A program made the position numbers and the translations under genes. 64,000 nucleotides of DNA from Candidatus Poribacteria bacterium. Lineage in GTDB: Bacteria > Poribacteria > WGA-4E > WGA-3G. The first letter of the stretch is position 1. Every line of letters begins with the position of its first letter. The notes beneath the pieces are model-generated. The model saw only the letters and a program-made list of their open reading frames with translations. It ran no database searches and had not been told where the DNA came from. Below, piece by piece: positions 9,481-20,070 of this stretch. The stretch covers positions 256,001 to 320,000 of the forward strand of contig CBDANF010000002.1 in NCBI GenBank assembly GCA_965197475.1, written 5' to 3'.

Positions 9481-10303
9481 AAAAGCAATGCGGGATGTAT
9501 GGGAAATCTCTTATCTGAATTCGCAAGCGAAAGAACGCCTTGGCTATCCAACACAGAAGCCACGTGCCCTTTACGAACGCATGGTAAAAGCCTCCAGCAA
9601 CGAAGGCGAAATCGTCCTTGATCCGTTCTGTGGATGTGGCACAACTATTGATGCCGCGCACACCCTCAACCGATATTGGATCGGTATTGAGATAACAATC
9701 CTTGCACTGGACCCGATGCGTGAACGGTTAGCAGATCGACACGGATTAGAACCATCCGTTGACTACCAAATTGAAGGGTATCCGACTAATATGCAGGAAG
9801 TTCACAGGTTGTTGAAAGAAGGTGACAAACGCAAGTATCACGATTTCTCAAATTGGGCGGTAACACGGCTTGGGCTTAAACCGACGAAAGATGTCGACGA
9901 TGGCGGTCTTGACGGTGTCGGACATTTAACGTTATGGGATCCGCAACAGATGAAAGAGTCGGATTCACGTATCCTCGCCGAAGTCAAAGCCGGTAAACCT
10001 ACGATGACACAAGTACGTGCCTTCTGTCATGTGATGGATCAACACGAAGCGGAGGTCGGCATTTTTATTACTATTGAACCCGTCACCGCGAAAATGCGAC
10101 AAGAGGCACAGAATATGGGTACTTTTGAGCACAACAATAAAACCTACCCTCGCCTTCAGTTCTGGCAAATAGATGATACCTACTTTGAGAACCCGGATAT
10201 TATCAATACCCTCGTCCGGTTACCAGATGCATGGCGGATTCGTCCAACCCAAAAATCTGAACGTCACTTTGACGACCAACAGCTGCAATTACTGCGCGGG
10301 TAG
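9481..10303 (+). pseudogene. 5'-truncated N6/N4 DNA methyltransferase fused to an Mrr-like PD-(D/E)XK domain
   Basis: DVWEI...ERLGYPTQKP...VLDPFCGCGTT (motif I) present, catalytic DPPF/Y half absent; frame begins at the IS right TIR; C-terminal DDGGLDG...EVK. Confidence 0.8.
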
Positions 10304-10383
10304 TTTTGGTCCCGCATTCAAATAACTTTGTTCCTTCCATTTCCTACCCATTCCTCCTTCTAAGCTTCTTGTCTGATTTTATG

Positions 10384-10412
10384 TTGACAATAATTGTCAA
10401 ATTTGGTACACT
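10384..10412 (+). promoter_or_regulatory. Sigma70 promoter of the giant-permease operon with overlapping palindrome
   Basis: TTGACA-17 nt-TACACT with TG extension; perfect inverted repeat TTGACAAT-A-ATTGTCAA at 10384-10400. Confidence 0.7.
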
Positions 10413-10447
10413 AAAAGAAGCGAAATAAATATGAATCGGGGAATTAT

Positions 10448-13400
10448 ATGAGAATTCGGAATTATATCATAGTCCATCTATTGGTTTTTCTGGGTTTCGT
10501 CTCATTCGGTTACGCAGCAGATGGCGAAAAAAAGTTAGGGCTGTCAGAGGCTGCTATTCAAATCCGAGATGAACTCTCCATTAGAAACATTCGGAAAGAC
10601 CTTGCACGATTATCAAGTCTTGAAAGCCGTGTCACCGGTTATCCACAAGCAGCAAATGGAAGCAAATATATTTTTGACCGTTTCGTTGAAATGGGATTGA
10701 AGAATGTCGAAAGCCGTGAATTTACAGTCACAGTCCCCGTCGATCATGGTGATAGTGCTATTGACATCCTTTCCGGTGATGGCACGGTGCTACGCACATT
10801 CCCGCTCAAAGCGTTGTGGCCAAACCTTGTCCGAACGTCCCTCCTTGCCGATGGTGTCAAACATACCGTTGAAGCCGGTGAAACCCTCGGAAAAATTGCA
10901 GAGAACTATGCTGTCTCCTTGACAGACATCGCAGAAAACCCGCATAACCAACATCTTCCTACACCTGTTGTGGAGGGAAACACTGTCTTTATTCCAACCG
11001 GCGGTCTCACCGGTCCGTTGCTTTATGGCGACGATGCGCAACTTGCCGATTTCAACGGACGGAACGTCGGTGGTTTTTGGTATCCGCTCCAAGAAGGCGA
11101 TACACTTGTTGCCCTCGCGAGACGTTATCGCGTTACGCAAGCAAGCATAACGGATGATGTTCTCAACGGACACCTCCAGAAAGCTTCTGATGGCATTGAT
11201 AACAATGAAGATGGCACCGTTGACGAATACGGTGAAATACCGCTGTTATCAGAAATTCTTGGCTGGGCAACTGACGGTATTGATAACGATTCTGATGGTT
11301 GGACAGACGAAGTTCCTGGCGATGCCACAGATGGCATTGATAACAACAAGGACGGTCGGATTGACGAAACAGGCGAATTTATTGCATCAAGCGAATCCGA
11401 TATTTTTATCCCCAAGGGCGCAATCATCCTCATTGAGTTTAACTCAGGCACTCGCTGGATCAATGCCGCAATGCTCGGTGCATCCGCGGTCATCTTTATA
11501 GAACCTGAAACGACGATCCGAGGTGAAGCAGAGAACAAGTTCCTCACCGTTCCGGCAAATATTCCCCGGTTTTGGGTTTCCAAAGCAGACGCAGCCGAAT
11601 TGAAGAATCGCCTTGCCACAGGCGAAAACGTGGATGTCCGTTTGCGTGGTAAAATGAAATGGGATCGGCGCGTCGGTCAGAACATTCGCGGGTTTTTAGA
11701 GGGTGGCGATCCTGTCCTGCGCGATGAACTGGTCGTGCTTACCGCCTACTATGATTCAATGTCTGTTGTGCCAGCAATCGCCCCCGGTGCTGATCCAACC
11801 TGTGGAATTGCTGTCCTCATGGAACTTGCACACTTGTTTGGACAACCCCAGTATCGTCCTGGTCGTTCTGTCCTATTTGTTGCTGTTGATGCACATTTTC
11901 AAGGCTTAACCGGAATGCGTGCGTTTATGGAAGGTATTGGACAAGACATTGTCGGTTCTGCAACCGATTCCCCCGGAACGCCTACTTTGCACGGGTTAAG
12001 AAGGGGATTATCTAATGATATTATAGAATTTGAAGAATTGGGACGTAAACTTTTGCTCTCCATTGATCGGAGTATTTTGGTTGACCTTGACGCGGATTTC
12101 TATCACGGTGTGCATGGCGTAAAGGGAGACCTTAAATCGCTTGCCACAACGTTAACAGGACTCTCTACAACCCGTTCTCAAATTGATTCGCTACACAGAG
12201 CGCAACGGGATTTCTCAGAACGACAGAAAAAAGATGCGGATCGCAACCGAAAACGCGAAAAACAGGGATTTACAGAAGAAGAGAAATCAAGGCTCAATGC
12301 CAATCTCGTCCGTTTTGAGAAGGAAGCACTCCAAACCACACACTTCCTCCGAGAGATCGTTAAACGGCTTGCACAGATTCGGACATCCGCCTTGGAAACA
12401 AGCAGGGAAGCACAGCGAGAACTCATTGATACCATCGCCCTACCTATTGCACGATTAGACACATGGGCAATCAATAAACTTGCGCGCGAACTTGAAGCAG
12501 ATGAAATAGGCGACCAATACGGCACGCATCCAAATTCATCCTATCTGTTGCCAGTGAGGGACGGAGCTGATTACAGTGTGCCAATGCCCGACGATCTGCC
12601 CTCAGAATTGGTTGCTGACATTGAGCAACTCAACAACACCCTTGCCAATTGGGAAATGAGTGATCTACGGAAGTTTGCGTTAATGTGGACACCGGATAAG
12701 ATACTCGATCGGCATTTGGATCTGCCATCTCTCAAACGGGCGAGGAACGCACGTAAAATCCTGGCAAAGACGACCGAATCAAAGGAAGCAGTCATATCGC
12801 AAGAGCGAGCATTTCTACAGAAAATTCATGAAAACCTCAAGGACAGCACATCCATCGAAAATCAGATTAAAGCTGCTATCACGAAATTGGGCGATGACCG
12901 TGAACACGATATACCCCCCGAAATACGGTCCCAGTATCTCACAGTTACATCCCAAGGACGGATTGATAGGATCAATGCGCAACTGCGGCAACGTTTGACC
13001 GAAGCAGCTGCAGCGTCTGATGCGAGTGAAAATACAGATGGCTTAATTAAGGATTTGGCGCGCGATAAGCAGGGCATTTTTGAAATTGCTATGCGGAATG
13101 CTCGTTTAGAACGAGAACGTATCCAAAACCTCCTCGATTCCCACGCCACCCTTACACGCGAATATCTTGATGAGGAATTGTTGATTCTAAGTAGTTATTT
13201 GTCCAGTGAAGAGGTTGAGCAAGCAAAAGAGGCACGTAAACGCGTCGCCGCCTATTTAATTGAGGCACAAGTTCTACAGGTTGTAAAACAGAATGCTGCT
13301 GCAGACGTGGTTGCTCTCAATAATTTCATCAAACAACTCCCATCGCTCACCACAGACTTAGATGCACAGACAAAGGTGCTTCTTCGAGACAATATGCTTA

Positions 13401-16400
13401 CCTTAAGGAACGCTCGATTCCGAAACATTCAGAGCAGAATTGAGAAAATGGCGCGCATTAGCGGAATAGAATATAATCGCAAACTCGCACAGATTGAAGC
13501 TGCAGTGGCACTACAAGACCTTTTCAACCGCTACTATACCTCCCTTTTCTGTAGTATTGACCTCTCTTCTCAATCAAATCAGTTCGGTGTATTTAACAAA
13601 GGGTGGTTCTATGACCAAGAACCAGAATTTGTATTACGCAGAGAATTCGCAAGCATCGGAAATAAACTTGCAGCTTATGCGGCAGATGCCGATTTCGGTG
13701 TCCGTGTCAGAAAATTATGGCGGGCAACAGATGATCAGATTCGCCAAGCGGTTATGGCACGGCAGTGGTCGGTGGCAAGTCAGATTTCCGATAAGGCTGA
13801 CCTTGAAGGGAAAACGCTTGAAACTTTGCTCAGCGCGCACTATGGAAAACTCACCGGTTTAGGTGGTGTCAGTCGCCTCATGAAGATGCAGTTTGAGCAG
13901 TGGCGGAACCGGGGCGAACCTTCTGAAGATATGCTCAAGGATATGGACTACATCCGCAAAGAGGTGGAACGGTTTATCCGAAACGATGTCCGTAGTGCAA
14001 AGAAAAATCGGAAGAACAGTATCCGCATGCGCGAGAAGTTAGATGCGATGCTCATACTCCGACACGAAGACCCGGATGCCTTCACAGAAGAAGAGATAGA
14101 GGACATAAAAACATTGATCTCAATTGTCGGACTTGGCGGCGGTTCAAACTTTGTTAATGCCATCTCTGCCAGTGGTGGGAAGACTTGGAAAACCTATATT
14201 CCCGGAAAAATTGCCTTTGACAGCGAAGTCGCAACACTTGTTGGTAAAACAGGTATCGCCTTTGCAACTATTGAGGACGCACGTGTCCTCACCGACACAC
14301 CGCTTGATACGATTGACCGTGTTGACCTGCGCGAAGATGGCAACCTACACCAGCAAGCGAAAACATTAGCATCGCTACTGATACAAGCACTACGCGACCC
14401 GCAGATGCCAACTGCAGCGAGGGTCGGAAACTTCTATTGCAACCTTTTCGGTGACGTTGTTGAATTCGATGCTCGCGAATCTGCACTACCAAATAAACCT
14501 GTTCCATACCCGATTCTGACGCTCCGCCGTAAACACAAGACGATGATGGGGGTGCGCGGTGACCTATTTGCCATGGGTGATAACAAGGGTAATTTTGAAG
14601 TCGCTGGGTTGGCAATGGAAGGAAGAGCGACCCGCCGACTCGGAGGGGCACAGGAAGTTGAGGCATACATCCTTGACCCTGATTCTGGGGATATTGTGTA
14701 CGCGCCTGATCTTGGGAATTACGGTGCCAAACTTCTGCCAAATAAAGTGCGGATCAACACACGGCGGCGTGGATGTCGGGTTGTCACCTTTCCCTGCGTG
14801 TCTACCACTATCTACGACTTGGTTGACCAACGTTATCTCCGAACTTTACGCGAATTAGAGGTATATGATGCGCTATCCGATAGTCCGCCAGAAAAATTCG
14901 GAATGTCTAAACCGTGGCAGCAGGAAGGTGTGTCCGCAGCTGAACCTATTGCGCTCGTCTATAGCGAACCCAATACCCGTATTAAAATCGGCATGGCTTA
15001 TGGGCAGATCGGTAAACGTTTGCTCCTGATTAAAGCAACTAAAAGCGGTATGAAAAATCCGATTCTTTATACTGGTGAAGGGTTTGTCGTGCGCGAAAAC
15101 GGTAGCATCCGCCTTACGCCGTATGTTGTTGTGCGTGATATGTGGTGGCTTGATGAAAACCGATCTCGACTTTACAAACGGTTCGGTATTTCCAGTGACC
15201 GTCTTGATAAATTACACCAATTTGCGAATGAATATCTCACACGTGCAGAAACCGCACTTTTCCAAAACGATTACCAACAGGCACTGAAGTTGGCACGCGC
15301 TGCATGGGGGTATGAATCACGCGCCTATCCGGATGTTAAAAGAACAGGCAACGATGTCGTTAATGGCATTATGTTTTACCTTGCGCTCTTGATGCCGTTT
15401 GCATACTTTATGGAACGCCTCATATTCGGGTTTCCTAACATTAACAAACAGATTTTAGCCACTTTTGGTATCTTCCTTCTCGTTTTTTACTTCTTGAGTC
15501 AGGTTCACCCGGCATTTCAGATAACGACAACACCCATAATCATCTTAATTGCATTCGTTGTTCTTGCTTTGACAGTAATTGTTATCAGTATCATTGTGAG
15601 GAAATTTGAGGAACAACTTGAGAAAATTCGACAGCAAGGCAATAAGGTGTATAAGGCAGATGTCGGTAGGTTGAGTGCAAGTGCTGCGGCATTTAGCCTC
15701 GGTATATCCAATATGCGGAAACGGAAAGGACGCACCATCCTTACCTGTGCAACGTTGGTTATCCTCACGTTCACTGTCATTTCGTTTACGTCGGTGCGGA
15801 CATTTTTGCGTCCTAACCGAACAAGCCTGCCACAGGTTACACCGCGTTATACCGGTTTGCTCATCCGAGATCAGTATTGGCGTCCTCTTGAAGAACCTGT
15901 GTTGAACTCGATCCTGAACGACATGCAGAAGACGCAAATTACTGTTGATGACTTGGAACGGCTTCTGCGACAGAAGAACGAACTTCTGGCAAAGCGGGGG
16001 CAAACGCAGTTAGATATTTCTGAGGCAATTGCTGGACTGCAGGAAAATGGGTTTATCCAAAATATGGATGAAGTACCGGTCCTCGCCGTTCAGAACGTTG
16101 TCGCGCCACGCGCTTGGTATCAGTCTTCAGGAACAGGCGATCAATCCTTTGTGCAATTAACCCGTAGTCCAAACGCGCAAGACCCCGTACCACCTACAAA
16201 TCCACTCACAGGTGAAGCGTTGAAGTTTGCGGCAAACATGCTTGTCGGGATGAGTGAGGCGGAACCCACGGTCACAGGTATTGATAGATATCTGCAGTAC
16301 GGAAAATGGTTCGACCGCGCCGACGCTGCCAATTGGCCAACTGAGTGGCCCTACGCTATCGTGCTTCCGAAAGGGATGGGAGATCTCTTGAAAATTACTG

Positions 16401-17719
16401 AGAGCGACATGGGGAAAGCGACAATCTCTGTATACGGGGCTGACTTCACCGTCGTTGGTGTTTTAGGAATAGGATTCAAGGACCTGACCGATAATGATGG
16501 TGAAGAAATGACACCTGTGGATTATCAATTGATGCAACAGCAACAAAGCCGTGGCGGCACAGGCGATGAAACCCTTGAGGGGGAACTTCAGAAATATCTT
16601 CATCTCACCCCAGATAGTATTGCCGTTTTGCCCTATGAAGTCGTTATGAACCAAGGTGGAACGTTGAGAAGTGTCGCAGTAAATATGGATTCTCAAGACG
16701 ACGATCCGAAGTTACTCGGTGCAATTGATAAGCTGGATCTCATCATGGCACCACTGATGAATCGCATCGCGCTTGATTTCTTTGTCGGGCGGGACAAAGA
16801 CACCTATCTTTATAGTAGTATCGGCATGACAAGTTTTAGCGGGATGGGTAACCTATTCGTTCCGATTCTGATTGCTGCGTTAATTGTCTTAAATACCATG
16901 CTCGGTGCGGTTTATGAACGCGTACGCGAAATCAGCATCTACAGTTCCGTAGGACTCGCACCTATCCATATCGCTTTTCTCTTCCTCGCCGAAGCGTGCG
17001 TCTATGCGATTGTTGGAGCTGTCTTAGGCTACCTGATGGGGCAGGTCATCGCAACAACGTTGGTGCATTTCGGTTGGCTTGCAGGCTTAACGCTAAACTA
17101 TTCTTCAATGTCTACCGTCGTAGCAACAGTTATTGTGATGATTGTCGTGCTGCTCAGTACGCTTTATCCTGCTGTAAAAGCCTCGCGTATGGCAGTGCCG
17201 GATATTGAACGTAAATGGAAGTTGCCCGAACCCGAAGGCGATGTTTGGCACTTCAATTTGCCATTTACCGTCCTTGCAGAAGAATCACTTGGATTGAACG
17301 TCTTTATGCGTGACTACTTTGATGCACATGCCGATGAGTCTGCCAGCGATTTCTATACGGACAATGTTACTTTCAGCACGAAAACCGAAGAGGATTCATA
17401 TCAGATTGGTATGATGGTGTGGTTGGCACCTTACGATTTAGGAGTGAGTCAATCTATCCAATTTGTCACCTCGCCTGTCGGTGGTGAAGAGGAAGACCTT
17501 TACAAAATCACATTAGATGTACACCGTGAAAGCGGAGAGATCGCTTCTTGGAAGCGAGTCAATCGTCGGTTCCTGAATTTGTTGCGAAAGCAGCTGCTGA
17601 TATGGCGAACCTTCAGCGTTGATATTCGCGCAGAATTCCACGAACGTGGTAGAACCGAAAGCACTGATACGTCGGAAGGCACAGTACAATTGGATCCTGT
17701 TGTGGCACTGGCGGATTAG
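10448..17719 (+). CDS. 2423-aa multidomain protein: signal peptide, degenerate M28 peptidase/PA domain with 2 LysM and 3 DGIDN repeats, helical inserts, C-terminal FtsX/MacB-like ABC permease
   Basis: SRVTGYP, NIRGFLEG, TAYYDS, PGAD, RSVLFVA M28-fold motifs; HTVEAGETLGKIAENY and QEGDTLVALARRY (LysM); TM segments from about aa 1640; LNTMLGAVYERVREI...LAEA...GAVLGYL...LSTLYPAVKASR (FtsX). Confidence 0.88.
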   Translation: MRIRNYIIVHLLVFLGFVSFGYAADGEKKLGLSEAAIQIRDELSIRNIRKDLARLSSLESRVTGYPQAANGSKYIFDRFVEMGLKNVESREFTVTVPVDHGDSAIDILSGDGTVLRTFPLKALWPNLVRTSLLADGVKHTVEAGETLGKIAENYAVSLTDIAENPHNQHLPTPVVEGNTVFIPTGGLTGPLLYGDDAQLADFNGRNVGGFWYPLQEGDTLVALARRYRVTQASITDDVLNGHLQKASDGIDNNEDGTVDEYGEIPLLSEILGWATDGIDNDSDGWTDEVPGDATDGIDNNKDGRIDETGEFIASSESDIFIPKGAIILIEFNSGTRWINAAMLGASAVIFIEPETTIRGEAENKFLTVPANIPRFWVSKADAAELKNRLATGENVDVRLRGKMKWDRRVGQNIRGFLEGGDPVLRDELVVLTAYYDSMSVVPAIAPGADPTCGIAVLMELAHLFGQPQYRPGRSVLFVAVDAHFQGLTGMRAFMEGIGQDIVGSATDSPGTPTLHGLRRGLSNDIIEFEELGRKLLLSIDRSILVDLDADFYHGVHGVKGDLKSLATTLTGLSTTRSQIDSLHRAQRDFSERQKKDADRNRKREKQGFTEEEKSRLNANLVRFEKEALQTTHFLREIVKRLAQIRTSALETSREAQRELIDTIALPIARLDTWAINKLARELEADEIGDQYGTHPNSSYLLPVRDGADYSVPMPDDLPSELVADIEQLNNTLANWEMSDLRKFALMWTPDKILDRHLDLPSLKRARNARKILAKTTESKEAVISQERAFLQKIHENLKDSTSIENQIKAAITKLGDDREHDIPPEIRSQYLTVTSQGRIDRINAQLRQRLTEAAAASDASENTDGLIKDLARDKQGIFEIAMRNARLERERIQNLLDSHATLTREYLDEELLILSSYLSSEEVEQAKEARKRVAAYLIEAQVLQVVKQNAAADVVALNNFIKQLPSLTTDLDAQTKVLLRDNMLTLRNARFRNIQSRIEKMARISGIEYNRKLAQIEAAVALQDLFNRYYTSLFCSIDLSSQSNQFGVFNKGWFYDQEPEFVLRREFASIGNKLAAYAADADFGVRVRKLWRATDDQIRQAVMARQWSVASQISDKADLEGKTLETLLSAHYGKLTGLGGVSRLMKMQFEQWRNRGEPSEDMLKDMDYIRKEVERFIRNDVRSAKKNRKNSIRMREKLDAMLILRHEDPDAFTEEEIEDIKTLISIVGLGGGSNFVNAISASGGKTWKTYIPGKIAFDSEVATLVGKTGIAFATIEDARVLTDTPLDTIDRVDLREDGNLHQQAKTLASLLIQALRDPQMPTAARVGNFYCNLFGDVVEFDARESALPNKPVPYPILTLRRKHKTMMGVRGDLFAMGDNKGNFEVAGLAMEGRATRRLGGAQEVEAYILDPDSGDIVYAPDLGNYGAKLLPNKVRINTRRRGCRVVTFPCVSTTIYDLVDQRYLRTLRELEVYDALSDSPPEKFGMSKPWQQEGVSAAEPIALVYSEPNTRIKIGMAYGQIGKRLLLIKATKSGMKNPILYTGEGFVVRENGSIRLTPYVVVRDMWWLDENRSRLYKRFGISSDRLDKLHQFANEYLTRAETALFQNDYQQALKLARAAWGYESRAYPDVKRTGNDVVNGIMFYLALLMPFAYFMERLIFGFPNINKQILATFGIFLLVFYFLSQVHPAFQITTTPIIILIAFVVLALTVIVISIIVRKFEEQLEKIRQQGNKVYKADVGRLSASAAAFSLGISNMRKRKGRTILTCATLVILTFTVISFTSVRTFLRPNRTSLPQVTPRYTGLLIRDQYWRPLEEPVLNSILNDMQKTQITVDDLERLLRQKNELLAKRGQTQLDISEAIAGLQENGFIQNMDEVPVLAVQNVVAPRAWYQSSGTGDQSFVQLTRSPNAQDPVPPTNPLTGEALKFAANMLVGMSEAEPTVTGIDRYLQYGKWFDRADAANWPTEWPYAIVLPKGMGDLLKITESDMGKATISVYGADFTVVGVLGIGFKDLTDNDGEEMTPVDYQLMQQQQSRGGTGDETLEGELQKYLHLTPDSIAVLPYEVVMNQGGTLRSVAVNMDSQDDDPKLLGAIDKLDLIMAPLMNRIALDFFVGRDKDTYLYSSIGMTSFSGMGNLFVPILIAALIVLNTMLGAVYERVREISIYSSVGLAPIHIAFLFLAEACVYAIVGAVLGYLMGQVIATTLVHFGWLAGLTLNYSSMSTVVATVIVMIVVLLSTLYPAVKASRMAVPDIERKWKLPEPEGDVWHFNLPFTVLAEESLGLNVFMRDYFDAHADESASDFYTDNVTFSTKTEEDSYQIGMMVWLAPYDLGVSQSIQFVTSPVGGEEEDLYKITLDVHRESGEIASWKRVNRRFLNLLRKQLLIWRTFSVDIRAEFHERGRTESTDTSEGTVQLDPVVALAD

Positions 17720-17753
17720 ACACATCACTATCTTACGGACAAGGGAATAGTAC

Positions 17754-17945
17754 ATGGAAAAATTAGCAAGTTTTATCATTATCATTGGAACTGTCCTATG
17801 GTTAGTCAGCATTCTGTTTTTGGGAGGGCGTTGGCAGTGGCAGATGTTCGCTGCGCTTGTTTTGATCATTGGGATATTTACCGCTCATTTTTGGGAAGAA
17901 CTCAGCGAAGGAAAGAACAAAAATACACCGAAAGATGATAATTGA
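17754..17945 (+). CDS. Small two-TM membrane protein
   Basis: 63 aa, two hydrophobic helices, co-oriented in the operon, AAGGGA SD. Confidence 0.7.
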   Translation: MEKLASFIIIIGTVLWLVSILFLGGRWQWQMFAALVLIIGIFTAHFWEELSEGKNKNTPKDDN

Positions 17946-18052
17946 ATGGCTCTCGACTCTCGGAGTTTGTAGCACACACGTTTACATTTTACCACAAAAG
18001 TTCTTTGTTGATTATTGAGAGTTGATTGTCAACACAAAGGAGAATATTCAAT

Positions 18053-20041
18053 TTGGCGAGAGAGAGAATCTCACAAGCAGATGAATGGCAATCTTGGGCA
18101 CAACGCTACGACATAGAAGGCGGCGTACGAACCTTTGAATCGGGATTAACCGTCAAAGTGTTCTTCGGCGCACTCTTTGTCGGGTTGCTGATGATGCCCG
18201 GTTCCATCTATCTGAGTTATGTATCTGGTCAGTCCGGTGCAGCTGCTGCCCCTTGGGTTGCAGTTATCCTGTTTACCGAATTAGCTAGACGTTCCTTCAC
18301 CACGGCACGTCGTCAAGAACTCTATATGCTCCTCAGTCTCACTGGGGCAGCAGTCGGCAGTGGTATGCAATATCGGAATTTTATCTGGTATGCCTATTTT
18401 GTAAACACGCCGCAAGCCGTTTCTTATGAAATTGCCGACAAGATCCCCGCATGGGTTGTTCCCGCGGGTGATTCTGCTGGGGTACTGACGAGGAGTTTGT
18501 TACATTCCGATTGGTTATTACCTATCGGTGTCTACCTTGCAACTAAACTTCTCGGCACGTTGCGTTTTGTCAGCGGTCAATATATCCTCTTTAGGCTTAC
18601 CGCAGATCTCGAACGACTCCCTTATCCGATGGCACCGATTACTGCGCAAGGTGCAACTGCCTTAGCCGAGACAACCGGTAAACAGGAAACATGGCGATGG
18701 CAAGTGTTCTCTATCGGATCTATGGCAGGCTTAATATGGGGATTCATCTATATCGGTGTTCCTGCGCTCACTGGAGTGATGATGAGCCAACCGATCCAGA
18801 TTCTGCAGATACCGTGGATAGACTTTACGCAAAGTATTGAAGGATTCGCACCGACAGGGGTTTTCGCGCTCCGGACAGATTTCGGGCAGATGCTCTTCGG
18901 ATTTGTCTTGCCGTTCCCAGTGGTCATGTCGGAGTTTGTCGCAGCGATGCTATCGCAATTCGTTTTGAATCCGCAAATCCTCTACAGATACGAGATTTTA
19001 CATCAATGGGAGCCTGGACTTGATGTACGCGCGACAGGACTTTTCAACAATCTTGATTTCTGGATGAGTTACGGCATGGGTAAAACGTTTAGCCTTGGTC
19101 TTGTTGGCATGGCAGCCTCTATCCCGATGCTTTTCAAACTTCGCAGTACCCAGAAAAAGGCGGGACAACGGGGTTCACTTGCCACACCACCGAACCGTGG
19201 TGATTTTCCATTATGGCTTATGGGAATACTATGGCTCATCGGTATGGCGGGCTTTGTCTGGCTCATCCATTGGATGGTTCCGAATTTCCCGCTTAGTTTC
19301 CTACTTGGGTTCGCGTTTATATATACACCGGTGAATTCCTATATCACCGCAAGGACGTTCGGCGTACTCGGACGTGATCTATTTGAAATACCTTATTTAC
19401 ATGAGATCACCTTTATTCTCAGTCGGTACGAGGAAATTGATATCTGGTTTGCACCGCTACCTGACGAAGATTACGGACAAGGCACACAGGGGTGGCGCGT
19501 GCTTGAACTTACGGGAACAACTTTTACATCAAACCTCGCTGCTACACTGCTGATTATGCCTATCCTGATTGTCAGTGGAATTGTGGTACAACACTTTATC
19601 TGGCAAATAGCCCCAATACCGAGCGCACAATATCCGTTTGTTCAGATGATGTGGCCTATTAACGCAACAAACGAATGTCTCATGAAAACATCACTACGCG
19701 ATGGGAATAGTGAAATGCTTCAAGCCATCCGGGGTGATTATGTCGCAGCAGGATTTACCTCAAGTCTTGCTATCTATGGGCTGCTTTGGGTGTTTAAATA
19801 CCCATCAATGTGGTTTTACGGTATCATCGGTGGAATCGGTGCGGATCCGGGCAGCATGGTTGCGCGGTTACTCGGTGCCGTCATCGGTAGATTCTATATG
19901 ATTAAGCGGTTCGGTTTGAAAAGGTGGTTTATGTTCAATCCGGTACTGGCAGCAGGTTTTGCTTGCGGCGTTGGACTGATCGGGATGGGTACTGTTGCAA
20001 TTGCCCTTGTATCCAAAGCCGTTATTGTTAAACCGTTTTAG
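18053..20041 (+). CDS. OPT/YSL-like polytopic membrane transporter
   Basis: About 660 aa, many TM helices, LPYPMAPITAQGATAL resembles the OPT 'L.yP.g.a.a' motif; likely TTG start at 18053 after AAGGAG. Confidence 0.72.
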   Translation: MARERISQADEWQSWAQRYDIEGGVRTFESGLTVKVFFGALFVGLLMMPGSIYLSYVSGQSGAAAAPWVAVILFTELARRSFTTARRQELYMLLSLTGAAVGSGMQYRNFIWYAYFVNTPQAVSYEIADKIPAWVVPAGDSAGVLTRSLLHSDWLLPIGVYLATKLLGTLRFVSGQYILFRLTADLERLPYPMAPITAQGATALAETTGKQETWRWQVFSIGSMAGLIWGFIYIGVPALTGVMMSQPIQILQIPWIDFTQSIEGFAPTGVFALRTDFGQMLFGFVLPFPVVMSEFVAAMLSQFVLNPQILYRYEILHQWEPGLDVRATGLFNNLDFWMSYGMGKTFSLGLVGMAASIPMLFKLRSTQKKAGQRGSLATPPNRGDFPLWLMGILWLIGMAGFVWLIHWMVPNFPLSFLLGFAFIYTPVNSYITARTFGVLGRDLFEIPYLHEITFILSRYEEIDIWFAPLPDEDYGQGTQGWRVLELTGTTFTSNLAATLLIMPILIVSGIVVQHFIWQIAPIPSAQYPFVQMMWPINATNECLMKTSLRDGNSEMLQAIRGDYVAAGFTSSLAIYGLLWVFKYPSMWFYGIIGGIGADPGSMVARLLGAVIGRFYMIKRFGLKRWFMFNPVLAAGFACGVGLIGMGTVAIALVSKAVIVKPF

Positions 20042-20070
20042 GCAGAGTTCTTTCGTGGTAGGAAAGAGAT

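Noticed and set aside
17754-17945. Candidate RiPP precursor for the PqqD protein
   Set aside because: Two hydrophobic TM helices, no Cys/Ser/Thr-rich core and no modifying enzyme in the window
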